Assembly (NCBI RefSeq): GCF_001194135.2
Contig: NC_069006.1
Span: forward strand, 3,557,823 to 3,599,153
DNA: 41,331 nt
Direction of reading: 5' to 3'
Source of the DNA: Octopus bimaculoides
Lineage: Eukaryota
The position numbers and the translations under genes were made by a program. The notes beneath the pieces were generated by a model. It did not search any database, had not been told where the DNA came from, and saw only the letters and a list, made by a program, of their open reading frames with translations. Below are positions 25,070 through 37,904 of the stretch, piece after piece; position 1 is the stretch's first letter, and the number at the start of each line of letters is the position of its first letter.

Positions 25070-25490
25070 TTATAGGCAAGGGATGGGCAGGTGGTTTTCA
25101 GCAAGTATCTTCAATTATATCCCTGGGCTGACCAGTGTCTTGTGAGTAAATTTGGTAGGTGGAAACTGTCGAAGTTTGCTGTGTGTGTGTGTATTCAGTT
25201 ACTTCAGTAATGTAACTACACATGTGCCTTTAGCGTTTTCTTTTCCATGTGTGTGTGTGTGTGTGTGTGCGTATATCTCTGTTTGTCCCCACTCCCCCAC
25301 TGCTTAACAACCAGTGACTGTTTGTGTTTCTGTAACTTAACGCTTCAGCAAAAGAAGCTGATAGAATAAGTACCAGACTTTAAAAAAAGAAAAAAAAAAA
25401 AAACTACTGGTGTCAATTTGTTGGATTGATTCATGCCCCAGCATGGCCACAGTCCATTAACTGAAACAAGTAAAAGAATAAAAGAGGTAA
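25070..25490 (+). mobile_element. SINE family A, diverged copy
   Basis: TTGTGAGTAAATTTGGTAGGTGGAAACTG...GATAGAATAAGTACCAG...CAGCATGGCCACAGTC...GAAACAAGTAAAAGA. Confidence 0.7.
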
Positions 25491-27008
25491 AAAAATTTAC
25501 ATCGCTTATGTTGATAGTTTTTTTTCTTTTTTTCTTTCTGAGTTTGACAGATTAATTTCTCTTTGGCACCTCACATTTGGTTTATATAACTGACTGACCT
25601 GATTTCTGTTGAACAGATTAAAAAAACAAAAAACCTCTTTTACAGTTCCGGTCCATTCTATTAGTGGTTCTGAAATTGATACAAGTTTTCTTCCTCTTTT
25701 TAACTAAAAATTTACAAAATATTCATCTGGTTTCTCTAACAACTTTGTTCATTTCTGGATCCAGTTTCTGGCTTATTTCTGGGTCTAGTCGGTTCCGGCT
25801 GGTCCTGCCTGAAATTGTCTTTTGGTTCAAATAGTTTCCACTTGTTTGTATGAATCAGTTTCCTTAATTGCGAGAAAAATTCTGTTGAGAAGAAGGGATT
25901 CTATTTCTTGTGATAAAGCTGATTCTTTGTGAAAAAATCTTGCAGAATCAATGCCATTGTTCTTGTAACCTTGGCAACTTTTAAGTTTGCCTGTACCAGA
26001 AAGAGAAGAACGGAAGGAAAAACAAGGCAGAAGCTTTCTACCAATATCCTGGAATATTCATACAAATATTGGAAGAATTATTGTAATATTATTCATTAAC
26101 AGAACAAGATTGAGAAATAGTTGACACATGTGACATAGAATAATGTTAGACACATCTAACAATATTTTTTTGCTTTGTTCCCCAACTCTTTTTCTGTTTT
26201 ACGACATACTTGGTGGATTCAATAATACCAGTGGCTTGGAAAAAGCACCCCAATACCTTGTAAAGTGGTTGGCATTAGGAAGGTTGTCTGGCTGTACAGT
26301 TGAAGGTTGTCTGGCTGTACATGTCCAAGTTGACACTGGAGCCTAATGTGGCCCTGCGGCTCACTGGGTCCTGTCAATCTGTCTAACCCATACCAGCATG
26401 ATAAATGGATGTTAAGTGATGATTAGGTCTGTTTGAAGGTCTAAAATTATAGTTAGACAATTCTGCCTGTGGGAGTGGAGGTCACAGTAATATGAGTCTG
26501 TCTGAGATGTATAATGAGGTTATGTATGATGGGGCAGTCTAAATATAATTATTGTAGAAAATACAAAAGTACAGAGGAAATAGCTTTTCTTTCAAGCACA
26601 TTAAAGACATGTCTGTTGAGTTTAATCTTTTTTATTTCTGATGTTTCATGATTCCTCTGTTTACTTTGGAATAATAGCAATACTTAGTCTGGTTGTTTTG
26701 AGACCTTCCCAATCTTCCCTGTATGTCCATTTATCTGTCTGTCTGTCTATCTCTGTCTGTCTATCTCTGTCTGTCTATCTCTGTCTCTATATCACTGTAT
26801 CTGTCTGTCTGTCTCTCTGTTGTGAAAGTACTGTTTTCACTTGTGTATTATCGTACTGTGTGTATGTATCTCACTGTATTTCTGTCTGTGTGTCATTGTA
26901 TCTCAATATTTTTTTGAAGCGATTGGCCCCTAGTGAGCCCAGTCTCATTAACTTTCCTTCTTTCCTAAACCCTAACGCTGTTTACATATTCCTTGTTTAT
27001 ATTTTCAG

Positions 27009-27075
27009 ATAATTCAGAACCAGACAGTGAAGTATGAAATAATCCCACACTCTCCATTATCCAAGCATAGATTAA
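27009..27075 (+). CDS. CTDNEP1: CTDNEP1/Dullard internal coding exon (equivalent to vertebrate coding exon 2), IIQNQTVKYEIIPHSPLSKHRL plus 1 nt
   Basis: Acceptor ttttcAG (27007-8) with a CTAAC branch-like site at 26972-76; donor GTAAGT at 27076. The 67 nt translate to a peptide matching, from recall, human CTDNEP1 [22 protein letters not shown]. Phase 0 to phase 1 joins in frame with the 40502 exon (A+GT = Ser). Confidence 0.93.
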
Positions 27076-27290
27076 GTAAGTAATCCAAACATGTTCATTT
27101 TTGAGTGGTGGTCATGATGTAACGGAAGTGTGTTGATTGTGCCTGCTGGAGTGACAGTTGGAGGAAGGAAACAAGTGATGGTGGGAGGACAAGGATTTAC
27201 TACAAAGACAGTAGGCCATTTAGTGCGATCTTTGTAGGTGCTGGTCAGATGTAGGAAGAATGACCGGCTTGTGTGGTGGGGTGGAGGTGT

Positions 27291-27670
27291 CTCTTTTACT
27301 CTTACTTGTTTCAGTCTTTTGACTGTGGCCATGCTGGAGCACCGCCTTTAGTCAAGCAAATCGACCCCAGGACTTATTCTTTGTAAGCCTAGTACTTATT
27401 CTATCGGTCTCTTTTGCCGAACCGCTAAGTTACGGTGACATAAACACACCGGCATCGGTTGTGAAGCGATGTTGAGGGGACAAACACAGACACACAAACA
27501 CATACACATATACACATATGTATACATATATACGACGGGCTTCTTTCAGTTTCCGTCTACCAAATCCACTCACAAGGCTTTGGTCGGCCCGAGGCTATAA
27601 TAGAAGACACTTGCCCAAGATGCCACGCAGTGGGACTGAACCTGGGACCATGTGGTTGGTAAGCAAGCTT
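27291..27670 (-). mobile_element. SINE family A, young copy
   Basis: Reverse complement of the 15202 element, with the head slightly truncated. Confidence 0.85.
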
Positions 27671-27789
27671 GTTTCTAAGATGTTGAATTTGAATTTTTTT
27701 GCATATATTCTGCTCTGTAGATGGCTAAATCAGTGATCAGTCCTGTAGAGCCACTGTCCAGGTAGATGGCAGTGGTTAAATCACCAGTA

Positions 27790-28400
27790 CTTTTAACCCC
27801 TTTAATTATAAAATTAAATTTCATGGTTACTCCAGTAATAATGTTAAATATCTACCAAAAAAAGTAGAATTGGTATTTTCTGCAAATCACTTTACTTAAA
27901 TAAACTTGACATGTTTCAATAGAAAATTGTTCCAAACATGACCTTCTTCAATGAAATTTTGAGTGGATGTATCTGGATTTCTGCAGTTATGGTGTTAAAT
28001 ATCTGCTGGAAAAATATTTTCTGCAAGTCATATTGCTTTAATAAACTTGACAGGTCTCAACAGAAAATTGCTTCAAACATGACGTTCCTCAACAAAAAAA
28101 TAGATTGACATATAAAACTACTTTCTGTAGTTAAGGATAATGAAATTTCAAGTGATTAGATCTGATTTCTGCTATAAAAATGTTAACCATTTAACTGCAA
28201 AATTAAGTTTCATGGTTATTTGAGTAATGATTCTAAGAAAAAAACGCAAAAGCTATTTTCTGCAAGTCATGTTGCCTCAATAAACTTGACATGTCTCAAC
28301 AGAAATTTGTTCCAAACATGACATTCCTCAACAAAAGAAATAGCTTAGTATTTAAAACTGCTTTCTGCAGTAAAATGGTTGATGTCCAGTTAAGCAACTT
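27790..28400. repeat. Diverged local tandem repeat with three ~80-bp core copies
   Basis: TATTTTCTGCAAGTCA...AATAAACTTGACATGTCTCAACAGAAA.TTGTTCCAAACATGAC.TTCCTCAAC at about 27875, 28015 and 28254. Confidence 0.75.
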
Positions 28401-29037
28401 AACTTTGTAGCCTGGTTTTCATTCCTTGGTGTAGCTATTTAACTTCACCACCCACATTACTAATGCCAATGGGGAAAAGGATGATTGCCACATATTCCCA
28501 GTTTGCATCATGTTTTGATCCAATTTGTCTGTGTCTAATGCCAACATGGGTGCTGGCAAGAAATGTTTCTGGTCATTAGCAGAAACATTGGGTTGTCCTG
28601 CTCTATGTGTGTTGTCCCAAGGCAGAGAAATGGTCAATTGAAGAATCATGTAATTGATCATCTAGTCATGACCTTCTCAGCTTAGTAGTAAGAAGAAAGA
28701 GAGACATGTATTGTCCTTTTATGTTTAGGACTGCAATCATCAAATCAATTCATATTAAAGACAGTCGGGCATTTGTCCAGGGAGTGATAGGATTAACTTC
28801 ATAGAGGTTTTGTCTTGCCTAGTTTGAACTATTATTGATGGAGAAACAGTTAGACAACAGCTTAAAGAGGTTCTGGCATGATTAAGTGGTTAAGCAAATT
28901 CACTTTGCAGTCTTGTGGTTTCAGGTTCAATTTCACCGTGTGATACTTTGAAGAAATGTCTTTTACTATAGTTACAGACTAACCAATGACTTGTGAGTGA
29001 ATTTGGTAGACAGAAACTTTGTGGAAACTCTTTGTAT

Positions 29038-29455
29038 ACATTATTAACCACATAGAATTAACATATATGCTTTGTGTTTTTTTCCGGTGGCTACAATAGC
29101 GTGGTGGAGTATATCCACTCTTAAAGCATTGGTTGTTAAAACACCTCAGTCGTGGACAGGTGAGGTAACTCACCTTCAATCCCATTTGGGAGTGATGGAC
29201 ACCAATGTTTTGCCATTTTTGTGGCTTGTCAACATCACGTACCCACCAGGATTGAGGGCAAGTCACTTAGCTAGTCCATGACCAGTGTCCATCACTTCCA
29301 AGTGGGATGGAAGGTGAGTTACCTCATCTGTCCATGACTCAGATGTTTTAACATCCGATGTTCTGAGAGCGTATATACTCCACCACTACAATATACTATT
29401 GTAGCCACCGGAAATACACAAAACATATACGTTGAGTATATGTGGTTAATAATGT
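29038..29455. mobile_element. Foldback/MITE: ~165-bp imperfect inverted arms with an 82-bp spacer
   Basis: ACATTATTAACCACATA...GTGATGGACAC (29038-29202) pairs with GTGTCCATCAC...TATGTGGTTAATAATGT (29285-29455), with mismatches and small indels. Confidence 0.8.
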
Positions 29456-29482
29456 TTATTATGCTAGAGCTGCTTTTACTTC

Positions 29483-29516
<34 letters not shown>

Positions 29517-29519
29517 GAT

Positions 29520-29710
29520 AGATCGCTCACCATGACATTCAAATTTTTTTTCTCCATGTTTTTCTCCTTGTTTTCTCCTTATTCTTTCTGTTGAAGAGCG
29601 TAGCTTGAAACGTTAAAGACTTTCTCTATTCCCGAGCATTAAACTAATACATCCTTTTGTTGTTTACACCACCTGTCCTCGTCTGTTGTTTTTTTTCGTA
29701 AATTCTTGCA
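29520..29710 (+). mobile_element. Penelope-like terminal repeat fragment, second copy
   Basis: Contains GAAGAGCGTAGCTTGAAACGTTAAAGACTTTCTC...AAACTAATACATC...AAATTCTT followed by (TA)n, aligning with 11791-11966. Confidence 0.55.
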
Positions 29711-30626
29711 TATATATATATGTGTGTATGTATATATATATATGTGTATATATATAAAAGATTAAGATTCAAGTGAACCAGGTACTTAAATGATAAGGCA
29801 CTGGGTCAGGTCAAAATCAAAATGCATTCACAAATTCATTCTATAACCAGCAAGGCTCGTAGAATCTTGAAGGTGCATATGCTGTTGATTTTTGAATGTT
29901 TTTAGATGTTGAAAACGGTTTTGTCTAATGATGTAATGTCTCCATTAATCAATTGAAAATTCATTGGAAACAGCTGTAGTGAATTGACAACTCATCCATC
30001 TATTGTTATTCGCATACACATACAGGCTTGCATTTGTCCTTTTGCTGCTGCTTGACAACGGTGTTGGTTTGTTTGTATCCCCACAGATTAAAGGTTCGGC
30101 AGAAGAGACTGTTAGAATAAACGCCAGACACTAAAAAGCAAAAATAAGTGCTGGGGTACATTAGTCGATTCTTTCATCTAAGCCCTTTCAAGAATAGTGC
30201 CCCAGCATGACCACAGCTTAGTAACTGAAACAAACAAAAACGAATAAAAAACAATAAGCAAATGAACAAATAAACTAAATAGAATTGTAATAGATTGGCT
30301 CAGTGGACATTGAGGAGGTGGTGGTGGTGGTGGTGGTGGTAGTGATGGCGGTGGTGATGGCGGTAATAAACTAAATTTGAAACTATTATAAAAAAGACTG
30401 GACTGAGAGTTTATAAATGTTCTGCTGACATCTCAAGTGGATGTCTAAAAGTGGGAGCCTAAGATAAGAATATTGCACTTGAGTCATTTCAAGTGCCTCA
30501 TAATACAGGGATATCTTTTGTTATAACCTGAATTACCATATTCCTGAAATTGTAATTTATTATATGTATGTATTTTGTTTCTTTATTCCTAATTTAACTG
30601 GTTTTGTTCTGATATTTCGTTTAGAT

Positions 30627-30873
30627 CAGGGATTCCCAACCTTATTTTGCTTGTGGATCCCATATATGCATGTGTAAATTTTTGAAATAAAATATTTGTT
30701 TGTAGGTTAGTAAAAACAAACAATGAAAGAATTTCGTTACATTCATAACATAAATTCCAAATTCAAATCTTGAAAATTTCAATAAATACAGGTATCTCTC
30801 CTAGTAAACAAAATTTATATATGGACCCACAAATTACAATTTTTTACTTGTGGTTCCCAGTTAGGAACCCCTG
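30627..30873. mobile_element. hAT-type MITE (247 bp) with a perfect 8-bp TSD
   Basis: Ends CAGGGATTCCCAAC and GTTAGGAACCCCTG. TSD GTTTAGAT at 30619-26 and 30874-81. Confidence 0.85.
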
Positions 30874-31995
30874 GTTTAGATCATCATCACCATTGTTTAA
30901 TGTCTACTGAAGCCAATTAAAAAAAAAAAAAGAAAATTAATTTTGATTTTAATGGTTACCGGATGCTCTTCTTGTTGCCAATTCTTGCTTATTGTTTCCA
31001 ATTGGGAAAATATTTCTCTATGACCGGACATGTTTTTCAAGTGAGATTGGAAACAAAGAATACCACTTGTATGATGGAGTCACTCATTTACACAAGTGAT
31101 GTCAAGCCAAGGAGACATAAATATATTTGCCATTGTCATCGTCCACTTATCCATGCTTGCATGTATCAGATGGAATTTGTTGAGATGGAATTTTTACAGA
31201 TGGATGCCCTCCCTGTTGCCTACCCTCATCTGTTTCCAAGTGAAGTGATATTTCAATGGTGCTGGTACCACATAAAAAGTACCCAGTACACTCTGTAGAG
31301 TTGTTGGCATTAGGAAGGGCATCCAGCTGCAGAAACCATGCTAAAATAGACTGAAAGCTGGTACAGCTCCTGCCCTTACCAGCTTTTGCCAAACCGTTCA
31401 ACCCATGCCAGCATGGAGAACCAACTTTAAATGATGACAATGATGTAAGGTACAGTATTGGGTGTGTGGCAAGAATTTCGCTTTCTAACCATGTAGTTCT
31501 AGGTTCAGTCCCACTGTGTGACACCTTGGGCAAATGTTTTCTATTATAACCACAGGTTGATCACGGCCTTGTGCGCGGATTTGGTAGATGGAAACTAAAA
31601 GAAAATCATCATTTATATATATATATATATATAATGGCCATCCACTCACGACCAAGGGAGACCATTACTGACCTTCAGGAACATTGTGCTCTCTAAGACT
31701 AACTTATATTTTGCATTTGTGGCTCCATTGGTGGCTAATGAGCCCTGCTCTTGACAAGCATACATGTATATATATAGTTGAACATATAGAGTCTGTTAGA
31801 GCTGTGTTTAGAATAGCCAAGCATGTGGATCATGATATTGGGTAAGGGTTCCATAGGCTGCGTATTCCGTCATTGGAGAGAGAGAGAAGTCAAAGAGATG
31901 TTAAAATGAAGAAATATCCCCAATTGAGGACATTAGTATATTCCAGTTTGTTAAAAATGAAGGAAGGATCAGAGTAAAATAGGTATGTGTTACAC

Positions 31996-32490
31996 CAGGA
32001 GTGGGGAAACCCCCACCCACGGGTGCAATTGCACCTGCAAGCCCATTTTATTGCACCCACAGGCTGTTATACTCGTATTTACAAAATTTAATAAATTTTT
32101 CAATCATAAAATTTATACAATATTCCTATGCGTATTTGTGACATAGATTGTGTTTCCACTATGACTTAAAACAGTTTGACTTGAGCAGAAAATCTTCCTG
32201 TAATTATTATGTGAATGGTAATTTTGTTTTCACTATAAAACACTTATTGCTAGGTTTGTACCACTCCCTTGAGACCCAACTACACTCTAGCTGAAAAAGA
32301 GAGAAGACCTCATAAGTAATATAAACATCCTCAATTCAGTTGGCAGCATTAATGAAGATGTTACACATTAATTGCATGTCTTAAACTTACCTTTATTAAT
32401 GTATATCAAATTATACATAGATATATCTGCCTGAGGACCTTTTTCTTTGGAAAGTTTTGCCTGCTGCACTAAAAAGTTTCCCTACCCCAG
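31996..32490. mobile_element. Older hAT-type non-autonomous element
   Basis: Ends CAGGAGTGGGGAAAC and GTTTCCCTACCCCAG. The flanks TGTTACAC and TTCTATGA share only the central TA, so the TSD is decayed or absent. Confidence 0.45.
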
Positions 32491-33505
32491 TTCTATGATT
32501 AAATACCTAATAGAGTTACAGATAAGATTCCATTAACAGTTTCAAATGAGAATGTTTGATGATGATTAATGGCAAGGAATAATGGAAGATACTAGTTTCC
32601 TTTTTGAATAGAGAGTGAATGAGAGTGAAGGAAAGACAGAAGGGTAGATGCACTAGAATAGATATAGCCTAGTTGGTTATATAGTGAGGGCAAGTCTGTC
32701 GAAAGAGGTTAGGGGTTGTATACAGGTAGATACAGGAACGAGGAATAGAAGATGTCAGATGCTTTCATCCTCCAGCTGACCACTGGTGCTGGCCAGAGTT
32801 CTAACTTGGCAAGAGTGGGAGGGGTGGGGCTAGGAGGGTAATAAAGTGGTTGTGAAAGATAATGAAGATCTTGAATTGCAGTGAGTGTGATACTACTAGA
32901 GGTAAGGGGAGATTTAGGGCTCGCCATTATAATGGGGCTAGAAATAGATGCCCTTAATATTAATGAAAATTGAAAAAATTTGTAGTGGTAATGAAGGTGT
33001 AAACTCATTGGGAATAAAAGAATAATAAAAAGAAAAATTAGATGACAAATAAAAATAAGACTTTTATTTCTTAAGTTTAAGTAGAGTGAAATTATTAGGC
33101 CCATGGATGAAGGAAATATAGTGATAATGGACAATGGAAAATAGATATATGTGTGTGTTTTCCCCACCACTGTTTAATAACTGGTGTTGGTGTGTTTATG
33201 TCCCCATAACTTAGTAGTTTGGCAAAAGAGACCAATAGAATAAGTATCATGTTTAAAAAGCAAAAATAAGTACTGGGGTTGATTTTGTTCTACTAAAATT
33301 CCTTAAGGCATGGCAGCAAAAAGTGTGTACACACACAGCAGGCTTCCACATAGTTTCTGTGCACCAAATTTACAAGTCGGTAGTCAGCTGAAGGCTATAG
33401 TAGAAGACCCTTGTTCAAAGTAGAGCGCAGTGGGATTCAACCTGAAACGCTGTGGTTGCAAAGCGAGTTTTCTAACCACATGGATGTAGACTGCGCCTGT
33501 AGTTT

Positions 33506-33872
33506 ACTCTTTTACTTGTTTCAGTCATTTGACTGTGGCCATGCTGGAGCACCACCTTTAGTCGAGAAAATCGACCCCAGGACTTATTCTTTGTAAGCCT
33601 AGTACTTATTCTATCAGTCTCTTTTTGCCGAACTGCTAAGTTACGGGGACCTAAACACACCAGCATCGGTTGTCAAGCGATGGTGGGGGGACAAACACAG
33701 ACACAAACACACATACACACATATATATATACATATATACAACGGGCTTCTTTCAGTTTCCGTCTACAAAATCTGCTCACAAGGCTTTGGTTGGCCCAAG
33801 GTGCCACGCAGTAGGACTGAACCCGGAACCATGTGATTGGTAAGCAAGCTACTTACCACACAGCCACTCCTG
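33506..33872 (-). mobile_element. SINE family A, near full-length young copy
   Basis: Reverse complement of the 15202 element. Confidence 0.85.
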
Positions 33873-34469
33873 TTGTTGTTTTTGAAAGTAAGAGAGCAAC
33901 AATGTTTTTGAGTTGCGTAGAAGAATGCAGGGTTGTGTGAAACAACATCAACAACAAAAATAACTGATACTGCGTGGATTTCATGGCCTGAACTTTAACC
34001 TCACGTTTTAAGATAAATAACAGCAACTGTGTTTGTCCTCAAGAAGAGATTTTGATTTAGTTGTTGACTGTTGTTGTTGGTAGGGCTACACAAGCTGTAG
34101 CTGTCTGGAGATTAGAATTTCGTCTACACCAGAATTTACCCAGACCAGCAACATTAATCTCGTCTCTTTATCGTTAACGGAGTCATTATTAAATATGTGT
34201 GCATGTGTGTCTATGTCTGTATAAATGTATGTACACACACATATGTATATAGATACATACATACACACATGTGCATTTACATATGGGTGTGTTTGTGTGT
34301 GTGTGTGTGTATTCATGCACACACACACATAATCATGCATATACACACATATCCTTTATTTCCTGTGTATCCACATCTGTTTAAAATCCCACATAAAAAG
34401 GTTTAAAAACTGTTATTTTAAATACTTCAAATTTATCTTAGATTTTCTTATTCATGCTGTATTTTGCAC

Positions 34470-34509
<40 letters not shown>

Positions 34510-37500
34510 TGGGCTTCCACACATTTTCCGTTTACTAAATCCACTTACAAGTAGTTGGTTGACCTGGTGCTATAATAGAAAATATTTGCCCAAGGTGTCA
34601 CACAATGGGAACTGAAACTAGAATCTCATGGTTGTCAAGTGAATTTCTTAACCACACAGCTACGCTTAATCGTCTGTATGTGTGTATTTCCCCACAACAT
34701 TGAAAAGGAACGACATTCATTTACAACAATCACACAATGTCAAAATCGGGAAACACACTCACACATATGTACACACACATACACACGTGCGTGCAATGAA
34801 ACTGAACGAAGCTTTTGTGTGTGTGTGTGTGTGTGTGTGCTTCCTTGTCTTAACAGTGCAAAATAGTTACAAATGAATGTTACTCATTTCCAAAATTCTG
34901 TGGAAACAAGTCTAGTTATGGGGAAATATTTACCTTGCTTGGAAACAGGCGACGGTTGGTGACAGAAAGGGCATCTGGCTATAGAAAAGCTGCCTCAGCA
35001 AATTTTACTTGACTCATGCAAGAGGACCTTGAAATGAAAATAATAATATATATACTCACACATACACATAGTTACACATACACACACACATATGTATACA
35101 CATGCACACGCATAGATTTAAAGGGAGAATAAATCCCAGTAACTCTGCAAGTTTCCACTTCCCTGTTTTGTTTTATATACATGTGTACAGAGAGAGAGAG
35201 ACAGGGAGAGCAGAATTTATAAATTAACTCATATTTGAAGAGTGACTAGGTGGGGATGGTGATGATGGCAGAAGTTACTTGTGTGTGTGTTGTGCAGCCA
35301 TATAGCCCCCCCCCCCCNNNNNNNNNNNNNNNNNNNNNNNNNNNNNNNNNNNNNNNNNNNNNNNNNNNNNNNNNNNNNNNNNNNNNNNNNNNNNNNNNNN
35401 NNNNNNNNNNNNNNNNNNNNNNNNNNNNNNNNNNNNNNNNNNNNNNNNNNNNNNNNNNNNNNNNNNNNNNNNNNNNNNNNNNNNNNNNNNNNNNNNNNNN
35501 NNNNNNNNNNNNNNNNNNNNNNNNNNNNNNNNNNNNNNNNNNNNNNNNNNNNNNNNNNNNNNNNNNNNNNNNNNNNNNNNNNNNNNNNNNNNNNNNNNNN
35601 NNNNNNNNNNNNNNNNNNNNNNNNNNNNNNNNNNNNNNNNNNNNNNNNNNNNNNNNNNNNNNNNNNNNNNNNNNNNNNNNNNNNNNNNNNNNNNNNNNNN
35701 NNNNNNNNNNNNNNNNNNNNNNNNNNNNNNNNNNNNNNNNNNNNNNNNNNNNNNNNNNNNNNNNNNNNNNNNNNNNNNNNNNNNNNNNNNNNNNNNNNNN
35801 NNNNNNNNNNNNNNNNNNNNNNNNNNNNNNNNNNNNNNNNNNNNNNNNNNNNNNNNNNNNNNNNNNNNNNNNNNNNNNNNNNNNNNNNNNNNNNNNNNNN
35901 NNNNNNNNNNNNNNNNNNNNNNNNNNNNNNNNNNNNNNNNNNNNNNNNNNNNNNNNNNNNNNNNNNNNNNNNNNNNNNNNNNNNNNNNNNNNNNNNNNNN
36001 NNNNNNNNNNNNNNNNNNNNNNNNNNNNNNNNNNNNNNNNNNNNNNNNNNNNNNNNNNNNNNNNNNNNNNNNNNNNNNNNNNNNNNNNNNNNNNNNNNNN
36101 NNNNNNNNNNNNNNNNNNNNNNNNNNNNNNNNNNNNNNNNNNNNNNNNNNNNNNNNNNNNNNNNNNNNNNNNNNNNNNNNNNNNGGACATAAACACATTG
36201 GCACCAGTTGTCAAGCAGTGTATAGGGCGGGGGGATGAGTGGGTACACACACACACATACATTGAGTAATGTCTCGATATACGAGTTAATTTGTCCCCCA
36301 CCTCCTGGAAGACCACTCGTAAAGCGAAAACTTGTAAAGCAGAGCAATAATTTCCCATAGTAATAATGTTATAAATCATAATTTGTTCCCCCATCCCTGA
36401 AAAATATTTTACCTGTAGAATTTATAATACTTGTAAATAAATGGCAATAAAACTACAGCAGAATGTAAAGAATATTTTATATAAAAAGAATGTCAAGATC
36501 ATTTATAATGAAAAATATTATTATGATAATCGTTTTCTGAATCACTTTCCCTCGCACATGGTCATTTTGTTTGGTTTTAATCAGATCAGTTACAGAGAGG
36601 GTCACTGGACAAGTCTTTTGGTGGGTGTCCCTCCCCTGGTTTAGTCCTATAAATGCACATCATCTTTACATTTATGGTTTCCAACAAGTGGTCCCTGGGG
36701 TGGACTAAGTTTATGTAGAATCTCTATCACTGACTGATGTTGTCCCTAATATCAAGAGAGTAGGAGGTAGTTTTTTGGAGGGGTATTTGGTTGTTATATT
36801 AACACTTAAGCATTCAAATTATTCTGTCAAATGCAACACTTCTCTATTCACATTGTTTTGAATTAATCATGCATTATCTCATAACATCCTGATGTTGATG
36901 GTGTGTTTGTGTATTTTTGAAATGGCACTGTAGAGTAGGTGCAACAGGCCAGATTTGGCCAGTTTGAACATAAAGCAGGAAGAACATTTTGGTTGGGTAT
37001 GGCTGGTTTAAATGCTAAATCTTCTGATTGGTTGATGTTGTAATCCTTATTTTAAGGATAGTAGGGAGAGATTTAGTAGTCCCTTGCCCTAAATATAAGC
37101 AGTACAGAACAAAAAAATTACAACTTTGTAAACAGCTGTCAAAGGTTGGTTTGGTGATGGTTGTTGTGACAGGTGACAATGTTTTTTGTTATATATANNN
37201 NNNNNNNNNNNNNNNNNNNNNNNNNNNNNNNNNNNNNNNNNNNNNNNNNNNNNNNNNNNNNNNNNNNNNNNNNNNNNNNNNNNNNNNNNNNNNNNNNNNN
37301 NNNNNNNNNNNNNNNNNNNNNNNNNNNNNNNNNNNNNNNNNNNNNNNNNNNNNNNNNNNNNNNNNNNNNNNNNNNNNNNNNNNNNNNNNNNNNNNNNNNN
37401 NNNNNNNNNNNNNNNNNNNNNNNNNNNNNNNNNNNNNNNNNNNNNNNNNNNNNNNNNNNNNNNNNNNNNNNNNNNNNNNNNNNNNNNNNNNNNNNNNNNN

Positions 37501-37904
37501 NNNNNNNNNNNNNNNNNNNNNNNNNNNNNNNNNNNNNNNNNNNNNNNNNNNNNNNNNNNNNNNNNNNNNNNNNNNNNGATATTGCTGTGTCATCCACATT
37601 TGAGTCCAGAGCCATCACCCGTCACTGCATGCTCTCCCCACTTCCTTTCCACAATTACATCTAACACCATCAGTCGCTACCAAAGCCATTTCAACCACCA
37701 ACACTCCCATCACCACCACTGTAACACACACACACACACACACACACGCACATAAGTGTATTTATAGTGTTTTATAAACAAGAGTGCATTTTGCACCAAA
37801 TGCCAAAATGAGAATTTCTCTCATGGTAACTACTGGAGTACAGTTTGTTCCAAAAAAAGCATCTTTGTTTAAGTGGGGATACATACACACACACACATAC
37901 ACAC

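Noticed and set aside
32709-33170. 153-aa hydrophobic minus-strand ORF (considered as a membrane protein or mitochondrial insertion)
   Set aside because: I recognised no family or mitochondrial gene. The composition follows from strong purine/pyrimidine strand skew, and there are no convincing splice sites.
36290-36500. Possible Tigger/pogo-like MITE fragment
   Set aside because: Only a vague resemblance; no TIR pair or TSD was found next to the gap.
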